A stretch of 64,000 nucleotides of DNA, taken from NCBI GenBank assembly GCA_965287045.1, contig OZ336870.1, forward strand, positions 119,722,001 through 119,786,000. The letters run 5' to 3'. Below are positions 48,976 to 62,626 of this stretch, piece after piece (the first letter of the stretch is position 1; each line of letters opens with the position of its first letter). Made by a program: the position numbers and the translations under genes. The notes beneath the pieces were generated by a model. It had not been told where the DNA came from. It searched no databases and saw only the letters and a program-made list of their open reading frames with translations. The DNA comes from Carcharhinus amblyrhynchos (lineage: Eukaryota).

Positions 48976-51154
48976 GACTTTATCAATACACAATATCAAG
49001 AATATACTCATGATGATTTAATGCTGTTCTTCTTATTATTATTCTGCATCTACCATTGATAACATTGCTGCACTCACCTAGATAGCTTGCTCTCTTATCC
49101 ACTTACAATAAAAATCTTAACGTTTATATGCAGTTCCTGTTTACAAAGTCTTAGTTCTTGTTATCACACTTGGTGTCAGCTTTCTCCATCATAAATTGTG
49201 ATGTCCATAATGGAAGCCGTCTATATGTAAACTTTGCACATGTAAGCCAATAGTGATGCAGAAATGCCTCAGTTTCGTATGTCCCCATTCCTTATTACTG
49301 CAGAGACATTCTTATGCCCCAACCAGCTTTCCTTACCACTTTGTTTTACGTTTTGCTATTTAGCTGTAAGTAATAATATGAAATTAAAGAATTATTTCAT
49401 ATTGAGAAAAGAACAAGCACGTTAAGTAAGGATTGAATTATGTCTGCATGCCCTGGCCTGATCCTCCCTCACCCTACAAACTTTAAAACTCCATCAGGAC
49501 TTGATACCTCAAACTCCATGAACAACTCCATGTGATGTGAACAATAGCAAGCATTTTGCTTTGGCTGGAAGTACACATATTGGACAGGCACCATAACTGA
49601 ATCTGATAATTGTCTGGAATCAGACTTGGTAGCAAATTTTTACCCGTCTCAGTGGGTTTCCCCATGTCAGGGAGTCTGCCTTGCGGGAAGAAAGTCGAGT
49701 ACTGCAGCCTCAGGTATCTGCCAGGACCAGCTGCATTAAGAGCAATCAAATTAAATAAAATAAAAAATGTTGAACATACGAGTGTGGGAGGTGACAACGA
49801 AGGACTATGCAATTGAATCAATTACCACAGCATCAATTCAACTCCATATGGGGAATTTAATCTCTCCACTCCATGTTTCACAGAAATAATAAACAGAAAT
49901 GCACCAAACTCTGTCTTCCAGCTCCATCAACAGCCAGCTGAACTCATTATCATAATCTCTTAAACTCATTTAACAAATTTTGGTATTAATTTCTAGTTGA
50001 CCTTCTGTTTCCTCTCCAGTCTTATTCCCCTGCTGCACCACTGGCTGCTTTCGTGTTGGCTCAGACTGCCCATTCCACTTGTGCCTTGCCATTTTGTCAC
50101 TCTGATTTGTCCACTCAGTTCCACTGTTTGCCATTCCTCTATCACCTGCCCTCAGCTGATTTGCACTTTCCCAATCGTTACCCTCTTCAGGGAACTAACA
50201 AGTTATTTTTCAAGTACTATAATCTATTAATAGCATTACAAGGAGTTCAGAAAATTGCCTGTTTCATTGTGAAGACTGCAGGTGGATGCATGAAACAAGC
50301 CAAGGGCAGGCTGAAGATGATTGTGGGAAAGGGAACAAAAGGGAACAGGACTAGTACTAAAGTGACCAGGTAACAAATAAAATGATATGTACACTTGGAA
50401 TTAACAGGACAAATGGTGGGTAAGGTCATGGAGGAATTTAGAGGGTTTGGGGACAACGCCACTTTGAAGGGGTGTTGGGAGAGTGTACACATAATGATAT
50501 TGTTGTAAGTTTCCAGTAAGGTAATAGGAGGAAGAGCAGAAGGGGAGATGTGAATGATGAGATGCCACAGGGGAAAAAAAATGGCAGGTCAAGGGATAAT
50601 GATCAGACAACACAGATGCCAGAGGTAAGGATGATGGGAGGCAAGAGGATGTGGAAGTTCAAAAGCTTCATTCAATAATAAATTAAGAAGAAGAAGGAAA
50701 AGAAGAAGTGATTGAGAAGCCAAAAGGTAATGAATGCAATGAGATGGAGGGGCACTGGGGTGGCATGGATGACATGATTAAGGAAAGGCCATCAAGATTT
50801 GATACATTTTTAACACTACATAGAGCAAAGGAGGAAAGAGAATGAAGGGAAATGGGAAAAAATTGAGTAAATTGAATTCAAACTACTTTCCCATGTAAAG
50901 ATTAAATGCTGACATGTACTGGGTGAGCCAAATAGCTGGTTTTGGTGTTGTGGCTTATTTTTCATTTCTATGTATTTTTCTAACTCCACTGACTGCCTCC
51001 AACCTGAAGAGTCAGGAGACCCAAAAAAAAAGCAGAAAAGAATAGAGAAAGAAGCAAAAAGCAGGACTTAGAAAGGCAGAATCTCTCAGATAGTGGTTTG
51101 GAGGTTGTTTCCTCCCCCTCACCCCCACCCCACCACCCACCCCGTCCCCCAATA

Positions 51155-51340
51155 ATTTAACATGGCTCATCCACATAAACTGTCCATTCTTGGATCTGTG
51201 GGAGGAAACCAGAGCACCTGGAAGAAACCTACATGGACACAGAGGATAAGGTACAAACAACATAGTCACCCAAGGCCAGAATCAAACCTGGATCCTAGCG
51301 CTGTGGAGCAGCAGTGCTAACCACTGTGCCACCATGCTGA
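51155..51340 (-). mobile_element. HE1-type SINE 5' half
   Basis: GCAGTGCTAACCACTGTGCCACCATGCTG and reverse V-domain. Confidence 0.8.
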
Positions 51341-52060
51341 CATAGGACCTTCCTATGAACTTCCTGGGTCTTTTGTTGTTGGACAAGAGGATGGTTTGGA
51401 TTTGTGGTTAGACCATCAAGTGTTTCAGTATTACAAACGGTTCCAAATTGACATCACTGCACATCCAAAGTAGATTATTCTGCCATATGACAGCTACACA
51501 CAATTCAGTGCCTGGAGAATGGTTTATTATATTATTACAATAGAGAACCCAGTACCAGCAAATGTTGACATCATTCTATATTTCTAGAATTCTCCTTGTG
51601 GCATCAGTTTGCAAGTGAATTTAAACAGTATATTAAAAGGATGTGGGCGAGATGTCAGTACTGGTTCTAGACATTACTCAGATGATTGAAATTTTGGCAT
51701 CTTTCACTATTCTGTTGTCAAATAAGGCAAAGGTTACACGCACTGATACAGGAATTACTGCTAAGAACCTTCCCTGCCTTGTTTAGTTACTATTAAGATA
51801 GTTCTTCACTAATTTACAATTTGCATAGAGACTTGGAATACAGTGTTTGAAATAGTGCAATATGAAGCAGGAATCACGTCTGATTGACACTCAGAGCTGA
51901 CTGTTTAAACAGCCAGGAAGGCAGAACTTGAAGCCCATAATTCCCCACCATTGGAAAGCAGTTTAAAGGGCCTATCTGGAGGGAGAAGAGGTGGGTGGTG
52001 GGAGTGGAGAGCCAAGCAGTTACCTGCCCCAAACAGCGGAGAGCCAATTAAGCCCCTTAA

Positions 52061-52293
52061 TATAAAAGCGAAAAGAATGCAGATGCTGGAATCAGGAATA
52101 AAAAGAGAAATGCTGGAAAATCTCAGCAGGCTTGATAGCATCTGTGGAGAGAGAATAGAGCCAACGTTTCGAGTGTGGATAACTCTACATGCAGCTATGA
52201 CAAAAGATCACCCAGACTCAAAACGTTAGCTCAATTCTCTGTTCACATATGGTATCAGACCTGCAAAGATTTTCCAGCATTTTCTGTTTATGT
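52061..52293. mobile_element. Fold-back Penelope-derived element with 13-bp TSD TTAAGCCCCTTAA
   Basis: Exact direct repeats at 52048-52060 and 52294-52306; two opposed hammerhead-like remnants at the centre. Confidence 0.85.
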
Positions 52294-52879
52294 TTAAGCC
52301 CCTTAAAAGACTAAGTTAAAGTTACTGTGCAGACACCAGGTGAGGCTCCCTGCTAAGGCCACAACTTGGTTGATGAACAGATGTACAGAATAGTCCAGTA
52401 CTCCATCTATCATTTTTAAATACTGCCCAAATACGATCACTACACCGTATAGCAGTGATTGCAAGATAACCCCATCTGTGATATTAGGTCATCATGTTGA
52501 AGGGCTCCTGTTCACAATAATGACAGTGACCGTTTCTTGTTTTTAAAGTGTTTAAGTCTTTAGATGGCATCGCCACCTTGAGGTACCCTCTCTTCCACCT
52601 CAAACATCCAATTCTGAGGGCGAGGATGGCAATTTGTCAGTGTAGGAGGAGCACCTATTGGACCTCCTGCCCAAGAAGCATGCTCTACAGCTTTAATTGG
52701 ACAGGGCTCCTGGAAGTGACCACATAATTGGCTGCTTCCTCAAAAGTCATTCTCTGAATCCTGATCCCAGCATGTGTGGGTACCTAATCTGCATTTCCTC
52801 TTGCTAACAGGATCACAACCTGCAGATAAAATTCAGCCTTTCAGTATCTGCAAAAAGCCTCGTCAGCAAAAAGCTGACA

Positions 52880-53795
52880 GTAGGAATAGACAAATTGGCC
52901 TGCCCTGTCATCCCAGGAATCAATTCAGTGAACCCTCTTTTGAACTGCTTCCAATGCAACTATATCCCTCTTTAAGCAAGGAGACCAAACCCACACATAA
53001 TACCCTAGCCCTGTGCAGTTTTCGCAAGGCTTCCATAATCCATCCCCCTTGCAATAAAGACCAACATTCATTTGCCTTCCTAATTATGTACTCTACCTGC
53101 ATACTGACTTTTTACGATTCAAGTACGAGGACATTGTCGTCCTTCTGTTCTGTGAAATTCTGCATTCTCTCTCCATTTTAATAGTATTCTACTTTTCTAT
53201 TGTATTCTTCCAACTAAAGTTTCATTTTCCCACACTTTACTCCATCTGCCAGTTTTTTGCCCATTTGCCTAACCCATCCATATCACTCTGCAGACATATT
53301 CGCCTCACAACTTGTTTTCCTACCTATTCAAATCTGGATAGAATACAGCCAATCCCTTCATCCAGATCATTAATGAATAGTTGAGGCCCCATTACTGAAA
53401 CTCCGCTAGCTATAGTTTGCCAACCTGAAAATGACCCATTTTCATGTTCTTCTGTTTGCTGTCAGTTAGCCAATTCTCTGTCCATGTTATTACCCCCAAC
53501 ACTATGAACTCTTCACATGCAGCAACCTTTTATGAGGAACTTTATTGACTGCCTTTTGGAAATCCAAATAGAAAGCATCTACTGGCTTCCCTGTATCCAC
53601 CTTATTGACTTCATCCTCAAAAAACTCTAACGTGTCAAACATGATTTCCCTTTCACAAACCCATGCTGACTTTGCAACCTTGTATTTTTTCTAAATGTCC
53701 GGCTATTACTTCCTGAATAATGGATTCTAGTCTTTTCCCAATGACAGATGTTTGGTTCATCTGTTTCGTACGTTTCTTGAATAGAGGGATTTCAT
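52880..53795 (-). mobile_element. CR1 LINE remnant
   Basis: TSVIGKRLESIIQEVIAGHLEK and QVEYIIRKAN peptides. Confidence 0.75.
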
Positions 53796-55261
53796 TTGTG
53801 GTCAGTGAAGATAGGAAGTTAGGTCTGGGCTTTGCAGTTGCAATGACAATGAAACTGTCAGCATTTACCATTGTTACAGCATGAAAGTGACAGCAACTTT
53901 TGGCACCTACACATGACCAATTAAACAAGAAATCCAGAAGCTGTTGACAATAATTCCCTGCTCATCCGAAGGGGCACAGTTGAAGTGCTTAAATATGGGG
54001 TAGAATCTTGAGTTATCAGGGGTCTTGCCTGCTGGCAGACAGCCAGTGAGAAATCCACACCGCCTCTTCTCGGGAAGGCTCAACAAACCATATGCCAAGC
54101 TGGCAGTGGAGTTGCCCCTTGTAACCTTCAATTGGAATCAGGACCTTGTGATGGAGGTCCAACCTAGCATGAGTTGATGGCCAATCCAAGGCTGGCAGCT
54201 CTTGTGCTCAACAGCACCACAGCAGATTGTAAGGAGAACATCCCTTGTTTAAATGGTGTACTATGTCATATTTATTGTGAACAACCTCACTGGCCCTGAC
54301 AAAATATGTTTATATTTGTGGTATGCCTCTTCTAGGATTTTAAGATTAAAAAACAAATGTCAAATGTTTGATATTACAGCTCCATGCATACATCCCAGTC
54401 TATATTTTACTGCCTGAAAAATGATTAAAAAGTAAAGAATAATGAGTCCATTCTATTTCTTGGTTTGTTGATATGAATTGTACCTCAATTCTGTGCAAGT
54501 AGAGGATATTAATTAGAATTTTACTTGAGCAGGTTCAAGTGACTGCAATCAGAAAACATGTTGTGAGCACACATAACCTCAGCACCTTGCTGATCCACAG
54601 ATCTCATTATGGGGAAGGGGGAAAGAATTTGCCATTTTCTGTGGAGAACAAATGGTGACTGTTGGCAACGAAGGCAGTATTGTTTGGCTCTGGCACTTCA
54701 GCTCCATTTGTTTTAGTCTGGCACCAAATGCTCAAAAAGTGAGACCACGTTACTCAGTGGAAAGCCATCTCAACTGTCATGAAATGTTTGCTGAGCAGTT
54801 TAAACCCTCATGAGGGAGTTTGTGCTGTCAATCCTTCCAGTGAGCTGCTCTTGTAAATAAAAGTATAAAGGAGGTATTTGCAGAGATTCCATTGAGTTAG
54901 GAGGTGGATGTTTGTATCCTTCACCAGCTGGCTTTCTGGAATAGAACTGTTGGTACCAGAATCAAATTAATGATGGGAAGTGAAATCTGCCACACAGAGA
55001 TCACTGAATCTTCATGGGTAGTTTTGTTTGAGATCAGCAGAGAGCAGTTTCTTCATTGCTGACTGCAAAATCTGGGCCAGAGAGTAAAGTGGGCTTTAAA
55101 GGCATTAGCACACATTATAGAGGCCAATAAAGCAACCATAAAACACACAAAGCTTCATTTTTCTTTTAAAGGTAAGTGTACATGATCATATAGTGCCAAT
55201 TTCTTTTGACTTCTGAAATTTGAACTGTAAAAATCCTGCTTAATGTTTAGAAAACTTTTAA

Positions 55262-55633
55262 AATTCATTCATGGGGCATGGGTGTTGCTGATTGGCCAGC
55301 ATTTATTGCCCATCCCTAGTTGCCCTTGGTGAGGCCATTTCAGAGGCTAGTTGAGAGTCAACCCTCATTGCTGTGGTTCTGGGGTCACATGTAAGCCAGA
55401 CCAGGTAAGGATGGCAGATTTCCCTCCGTAAAGGACATCGGTGAACCTGATGGTTTTTTCTGACAGTCGACAATAGTTTCATGGTCATCAGTAGATTCTT
55501 AATTCCAGATTTTTGTCTTATTGAATTCAAATTCCACCACTTGCATTGGTGGGATTCCAGCTCAGGTCCTCAGAACATTTGAGTTTCTGGATTAATCGTC
55601 TAGCAATAATACCACCAGGAGATCACCTCCCCT
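55262..55633 (-). mobile_element. tRNA-derived SINE sharing its 3' tail with the LINE family at 8815-9340
   Basis: tRNA-like head (GGGGAGGTGATCTCCTGGTGGTATTATTGCTAGAC) and tail GGGCAACTAGGGATGGGCAATAAATGCTGGCC. Confidence 0.8.
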
Positions 55634-56569
55634 TAATAATGCCAAGTGCTGATGCTGTAAGGGTTTCAAAACAACTAAATGTGCCAGTGGCTTGTAGCTT
55701 AGTGGTCTTTATGTTGATTTCCTGTGAATGGGTTTGTGCTGGTATATAATGGAGGGGTGTCAATGACACCTCAAGCAGCAATCTGAGCAACACTGCAGTC
55801 CATTTTGAATAAAGCTTATAAGTACCTGTGCTAAATAGTACACAGAAGGCTAAGGAAAACAGGTGTATATACGATGAATAGTTTTGATACTGCAGTTTGA
55901 CTATGAGGCTTCTTATTTGATTGTAGGCAGCATGGAGAAAGTCAGGGAGAAGAGGATTCCTTCACTGTGATGAGGATACCAGTCATCAGCAGTCAGGGGA
56001 GACTCATCCAAATACTTCAGCAGCTGTCGAGAGGGCTGGCAGCTGTTACCTTTAAATAAACTACATGATAGGGAACGTGGATGAGGGCTGAACATAACTT
56101 CCATCATGTTAAGGAATAACCACATTCTGCTACATCAGTGGGGGATTTCCCACTCCCTTTTCCATAAAGTGGATTCAGTGACAGGAGTGAAAAATCTCAT
56201 GAGATGTCCAAATCGCATTTCACTCCAACGTAGGTGTGTTGCGATTGTCCCTGCCCCCTACCAGTGACAAAACAGGAACATTATATGATATTTACATCTC
56301 ATTATCAGGCCTTTGCATTGAAATTACTCCTTCTGGCCATAATCTCCCCATGACAAAATCCATTCACACCAGCACGAGTTCTGACTTGACTCCCACAATG
56401 TGCACCTGGTGGACAGACCTCCCAGAGAAGCTGAGTTGAGTGCATCACTCAGGGTCATGTTCAGGCACTGCACCTTGGCACTGGAAATTGGGGGCAAGAG
56501 AAATCATTTTAGATCCTAAATAATGGTCACAATAGAGGCAAATGTTCATAGTGTGATGTTGTTGAACTC

Positions 56570-57385
56570 AACGTTGAGTCCAGAAGACTCAAAATCAGGA
56601 GATTAAATGCTGTTGCTCCAGGCTTCACTGGAGCATTGCATCAGGCCAAGGATGAACATGTGCCATAAAAGCAAAATGTTGAGTTGAAATGGGAAGTGAC
56701 GAAAGTTGTGGTCATGCTTATCAAGTGAACATGGATGTTCCAAAAAATAGTCAGTTTGCGTTTAGTCTCCCTAATGTACAGGAGACCACATTGGGAGCGG
56801 CAAATACAATAGAACAAATTGATGGGATATACAAGTGAAATGTTGCTTCATCTGAAAGTAGTATTTGGTGCCTTGAACAGTGAAGAATGAGATGGTAAAG
56901 GGAAAATACCAATAGAAGGGGATGAAGAGTTGAGGGTGAAGGAGGAGTGGACCAGGGTGTCAAAGAGAGAGAGGGGGGCAAAGGAGTTGTATTTCACAGT
57001 GACATCATGCTGTGGTTGGTGGAAATGGCAGAGGATGATCCTGTGAATGCCAAAACTTGTGGGGTGGAAAGTAAGGACAATCATAGTTTTTGGGGGGAAA
57101 GGCAGGGAAGAGGCGCATGAAATGGGTCAGATTTGGTTGAGTGTCACTGTCAACCAGAGTGAGGCAGGTGTGTTTGAGCGGGGGGTGGGGTGGTGGTGGG
57201 GGGAGCGGAGGAGGAAAGGGAGAGAGAGAGATAACCTCAGTTGAGGAAAAAAGCACACATGAGAAGAGTCATTTCAAAGGTGGTATCATCAAATCATATG
57301 ACTTAGCGGCAAAGAAACTAGGAGAATGGAATAGAGTCCTTACTGGAAACAGGGTATGAGGAGCTGTTGTTCAGGTAGCTGTGGG
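56570..57385 (-). mobile_element. Penelope-like element remnant
   Basis: LFYCICRSQCGLLYIRETKRKL (GIY-YIG region) and VLTFHPTSFGIHRII peptides. Confidence 0.75.
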
Positions 57386-58214
57386 AATCAAGATGAAGAT
57401 AATCTAAGGAAATAAACTGGGTAAAGCTGCCTAAGTGTAAAGATAATGAAGGAAATTGGAGCCAGAAAATAGGAGTATTGATCATTTTACATGCAAGAAA
57501 TTAGCCAAAGATATTAATGCATTTGTCTTTCTGACTTTTGCTTTCATTAATTACGGTAAAGGTTGAATAACACACCGAAGGAGTTCAAAAGATAGAGCAA
57601 AGCAAAGCTACAGTGCATAGAAAGTGAAGGTAAATTGTGTTGAAAATTAGTTAACAGGCACTGTTCAACAGGATTCAAGGTGGATGATCATCTTACAACA
57701 GCAGAGTAGTTCGTGCAGACATGATGGAACAAGTAGTTTAGGGGCTATTAAAAATGGTCTCTTAAATTCCTTAGGTCTCAGATCATATGATAAAACTCCA
57801 GTCACTTATTTTATATATTTCATATTGATTGCCTCTATTTTATATTGTGAGCCTTTATTTAATCTCTTTCCCATAGGTGGAAACATTGGCAAATTTATCT
57901 GAATCACAGGAGGTGGGCATGATTACAGTGAAGAGAATTGGGTGGCAGTATTCACAATGGGAAACTGTCCCCCATTAAACTGGGGTTAGGAAGCACCTGT
58001 TGCAGTAATCCTGCATACTTGCAGTGGGATGTCAACTTAGGCTCACTCATGAGCTAATTAACACCAATTTTTCCTCAGCTCACTGCAAGTAATGGGTGGC
58101 TCAGGGATTAAATGGGAGTTGCACTCAGTGCCTTATATAGAAAGACCCAGCATCAGGAACGATGGAGGCTTTGAAGGTCAACCCCAAACAATTGTGTCTG
58201 AACACTCCTGAGAT

Positions 58215-58545
58215 TAGAATCATAGAACCCTACAATGCAGAAAGAGGCCCTTCGGCCCATTGAGTCTGCACCGAACACAATTCCACCCAGGCCCTACCCT
58301 CATATCCCTATATATTATACTCACTAATCCCTCTAACCTATGCATCTCTGGACACTAATGGGCAATTTCTTAACCTAACCCACACAACTTTGGACTGTGG
58401 GAGGAAACTGGAGTACCCGGAGGGAACCCACGCAGACACAAGGAGAATGTGCAAACTCCACACAGACAGCGACCTGGGCTGGGAATTGAACCCAGGACCC
58501 TGGAGCTGTGAAGCAGCAGTGCTAACCACTCTGCTACCATGCCGC
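58215..58545 (-). mobile_element. HE1-type SINE, full length
   Basis: Complete head, V-domain and CR1-type tail ending TCTATGATTCTAA. Confidence 0.9.
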
Positions 58546-60254
58546 AAGTACACTTCCCATTACAAAAAGAAAGTGAATAGTGAATCAATCAGCCTCCTTA
58601 AGAATTTACACATCCATCAGAAATTAGGTACATATTTCCAATCACACTCTTTTACGACAGGAAAGCTCTAAACAGAAGACTTCAAACAACACTGTTGTCT
58701 ATAAGAGATATAACCAAATGTAACTAAATAATCAACTATTTTTTAACTTTTCATTAAATGATGCATTAAAGTTGAGCAAGTTATGTTTCAAGACTTTCTT
58801 GCCAAGTTGGGCAGCTCGAGTTGGGAAATTTCCCAGAACGACAGAATTGCTTTGATTAAAAATGCTCCATTATGCATAATTTTCCCCTGAAGTGGGGCTG
58901 GGGCAGGGGTGGAACCCAAAGTGTTAATCCCACTTAATAATTGAGATTTTGTGTCCATTTAGTTTAAAACTTTAAACTCTTCCATAATCACACAAAAGGG
59001 ACAAAGTGTTTTACAACTCAAATCACTGGCTAACTGTCCACAGATACAATCTTTGCAGCAGTTCTCTATCATTTAAAAATAAGGAGCAACTTTACAAAAC
59101 TTGAATGTTTTCTATTCAGATTGCAGGATTAAGTTTGTGTGTATAAGCAGTGAGTGAACTGCAAGGGAATTCTGGGATTTGAAGGCATCAACTGATGCCT
59201 TTTAACCTGTGAACAGTTACACCAATAGTGCTACAATTATGTATTCAACTTGCATCTGCATTTGTCGATTTATGGGCACCTTTTGCTTTCTGTGTATACT
59301 GGTAGGGTTTGGGGTCCTGATGGAGCGCTGCGGGGAAGGGAGGGACAGATCTTGGTGGGTCCTTGATCTGAAAGGAGGCCAGTGATGGAGGCGCTGCATC
59401 CCTCCCCCAGTTCTCCCACCTGAGGTACCCCACACTTACGGTCACCAACAATTTCACCTCCCCCAGCATTATGGGCACTAGCAGACACCACACCCCCCCC
59501 CCACCCCCACCCCCACCACCCACATTACCATCCCCTTGCGACTCTTACGCTCACTTTGTCATAATCTCTGTAAAGACCAGCAACTATTTCTTTTTTTCAT
59601 AAGTGGATGCAATTTACCATACAAGAATCAAAGTAAAACACAAAATATTATCTATCCTATGCTCTAATATCTAAAATGAACATGCAATAAGCATGAATTA
59701 ACAGGCAAATGGAGGACAAAGAGACACCATAAACTGCACCCAAATGGTAGATAGAACCTAGACAGACTTTACTAATTCATCCAGCAGCCCATTCTGAGCT
59801 CTGTGATTGCAGTGAGTCATTTAGTCCTTTAAACTTTGTCTTGCTCATGAGGAATTTCAGCTCTGCTGTTACTGGGAGTTAGTCTAATCTCTAGCTGACA
59901 GCAGTGCACAACCAAGTTCCATAGTTGCTGGCCTTTAACACAAATGGTACACATCCGCTGAATCTGCTCAATTGAGTCAGGATGACAATGACTCAACAAT
60001 ATTATTTTACAGGAACAGAAAAATCTGCAGCAACTTATTCCTAGCTTCTGGATCTGAATTACCATCTCAAATCTTCTTCAGTGTTCTTATACTGCATCAA
60101 TGGACTCAACAACTGCTACATGGATTAATCTGTGTTCTGTTACATCTTTCAACAAGCTTCAATTTCAGTTTTGCGGTAGGGTCTGATCTATCAAAACCTG
60201 GTACATTCTGTACCTCAAATGTTATAATATCCATCAATATTCTGGCTCGTTATC

Positions 60255-60830
60255 ATAAAGCAGGAGTTTTAAGGCACAGCAAGAGGCCCTTTGACCCATT
60301 GTGACTGCAGTGGCAATTAAGCATCTATCTGGTCTGATCCTGTTTTCCAGCACTTGGTCCATAGCCTTGTATGCAATGGCATTTCAAGTCCTCATCTAAA
60401 TGTTCCTTATATGTGAGGATTCCCATCTCTACCACCCTTTCAGGCAGTGAATTCCTGATTTCCACCATCCTTGGGGGAAGGTTTTCCCTCAAATTCCCTC
60501 TAAATCACCTGCCATATCTACCTTACCTGACCCTCATAATTTTGTACACCTCAGTCATATCTCCCTCAGGCTTCTCTGCTGTAAGGAGAGCAACCCTAGC
60601 CTAACCAGCCTTTCTTCATAGGCAACATCTTGGTGAATCGCCTGTGCATCCTTTCTACTGCAATCACATCCTTCTTATAGCATGACGACCAGAATGTCAC
60701 ACAGTACTCTATGGCCTAACAAGCATTCATCATAATCTCCCTGTTCTTATATTCTATGCCTCACCTAATAAAGACAAATATCCATTCTTAGCAACCTCAT
60801 CTACCTATCCCTGCTGCCTCCAGGGATGTT
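60255..60830 (-). mobile_element. CR1 LINE 3' remnant
   Basis: Reverse CR1 tail and GACCAGAATGTCACACAGTACTC (EYCV.FWS) motif. Confidence 0.7.
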
Positions 60831-61789
60831 TGAACAGGCACAACAAGATCCTGCCTCAGTATACCATAAGGCAAGGTCCTGTAAACTCAAGAGAAATTTA
60901 TCCTTTCTGTGCATCTCCCTCACAACTAGCAGAGCCCCACTCCTGCCCCACAAGCTCTGATGGTCAACAGCACCGCTTCCCCCAGTCAAGTTGTCCCTTA
61001 TCTTATTTCATAAATTGGCCATCCTGTTCAGCCTGAGCAGGGGGAGGATGACCTACGGATCTTCCCACCAACTCCCATCTCTGAACTTCTCCCTCCAGCC
61101 ACGAAAATAATTTGGCCAATTAAGCATTTCCTGAGCAGGCCATCCCAAAATGGCAGACAGGTGAGCAGCAGTGGGTAGGCTGCATTAGTCCATCATTTTA
61201 CATACCTCTGCAAACCCACCCAGCTGTTAAGTTCTGACCAACATCTGCCAGAGGCAACCAGGACTGTACAGAATATTTAGCAATGATCCCGGAAATGTAC
61301 CTACAAGTATGAAGTACATGTTCTCAGAAGCCTCATTTTCCTGACCTTGTTGCTCCTGAATTTTTTGAAGCTTCATGCCACTCATATCAACAATACACTT
61401 CATCCATAGGTTAAGGTGATAGATAACATGACGCAGAACATCTATACTTAGGTAACGTGTCAGTTCTAAAATATCACTGTACATTCAACTAGATAAAAGT
61501 ATGCCATAATGCCAGGACAGTTTGTCCCCATTACTATCTTTTGTTGTGTACATACTTGGAAAGCTGCAGGAGTTCCCAATTTATAGGGAATCTGTTAACT
61601 TTCATGAATGCAAATAGTATTAAGTGTCCTTTCCATATTTCCATCCTCATTAGATCAAATAATGTTGCTTAAAGGTTAGTTTATACATGGCTGATAGAGA
61701 TAGGGTAGCTATTAAAAAGTAAATGTGTTTGATAATTACTTTATTATAACCTGATTATGTTTGGTGTATATATAGCGCACACATAAAAT

Positions 61790-62080
61790 TAAAGTTTATT
61801 TATTAGTCATAAGTAGGCTTACACTCACACTGCAATGAAGTTACTGTGAAAATCTTAGTTGCCACACTCCGACTCCTGTTCAGGTATACTGAGAGAGAAT
61901 TTAGCATGGCCAATTCACCTAACCTGCACATCTTTGGACAATGGGAGGAAACAGAGCACCCGGAGGAAACCCACGCAGACATGGGGAAAATGTGCAAACT
62001 CCACACAGACAGCGACTCAAGTTGGGAATTGAATCTGGGTTCCTGGAGGTGTGAGGCAACAGTGCTAACTATTGTGCCCA
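61790..62080 (-). mobile_element. SINE with HE1 head and alternative tail
   Basis: Same structure as 20325-20620. Confidence 0.85.
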
Positions 62081-62432
62081 CACATAATATAAAACTAAAA
62101 GATGGCAAGTAGTTATGCATTTTAAAATATTTTAAATGTGTAAAGGACAATATTAAGAAAAATGCAAATGAATTATTTATTTTTAGTGAGACAAGTTTAT
62201 AGTTATTACTGATATTTATGTCTGTACAGGATACAAACAAAACCATGTTATCTTATCCAATAGCAAAATCAGTAGTTGAGCATCATTGCCTAAAATTGTG
62301 AGGTTTCAAATGTATTGCCATTTTAATGTTGAATTTTTTAAAAATTAAGCTTTTAAGATATGGTGAGCATAGGAAAATCAAGATGATGTCAAAAGAGAAA
62401 ATTGGCACAATTCAAACAATTACACTCATCAT

Positions 62433-62626
62433 CAAACAAGAAAATGCTGGAAAACTTCAGCAGGTATGGCAGCACCTATAAGGAGAGACTTTTGGCAAAG
62501 GGTCATCTGGACTCGAAACATGAACTCTTTTCTTTCCTTACAGATGCTGCCACACCTGCTGAGATTTTCCAGCATTTTCTCTTTCGGTTTCAGATTCCAG
62601 TGTCCACAGTAATTTGCTTTTATTTT
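62433..62626. mobile_element. Fold-back Penelope-derived element with imperfect TSD AATTACA(CTC/TTA)ATCAT
   Basis: Inverted arms; central TTGGCAA-AGGGTC-ATCTG-GACTC-GAAA motif. Confidence 0.8.

Noticed and set aside
49078-49101. Strong donor TAG|GTGAGT with a 24-nt putative exon
   Set aside because: Poor AAG acceptor and an in-frame stop; isolated donor matches are common
61227-61484. ORF MSGMKLQKIQEQQGQENEASEN as a possible alternative ANK2 first exon
   Set aside because: Weak donor, no promoter evidence, no recognised similarity to known ankyrin N-termini
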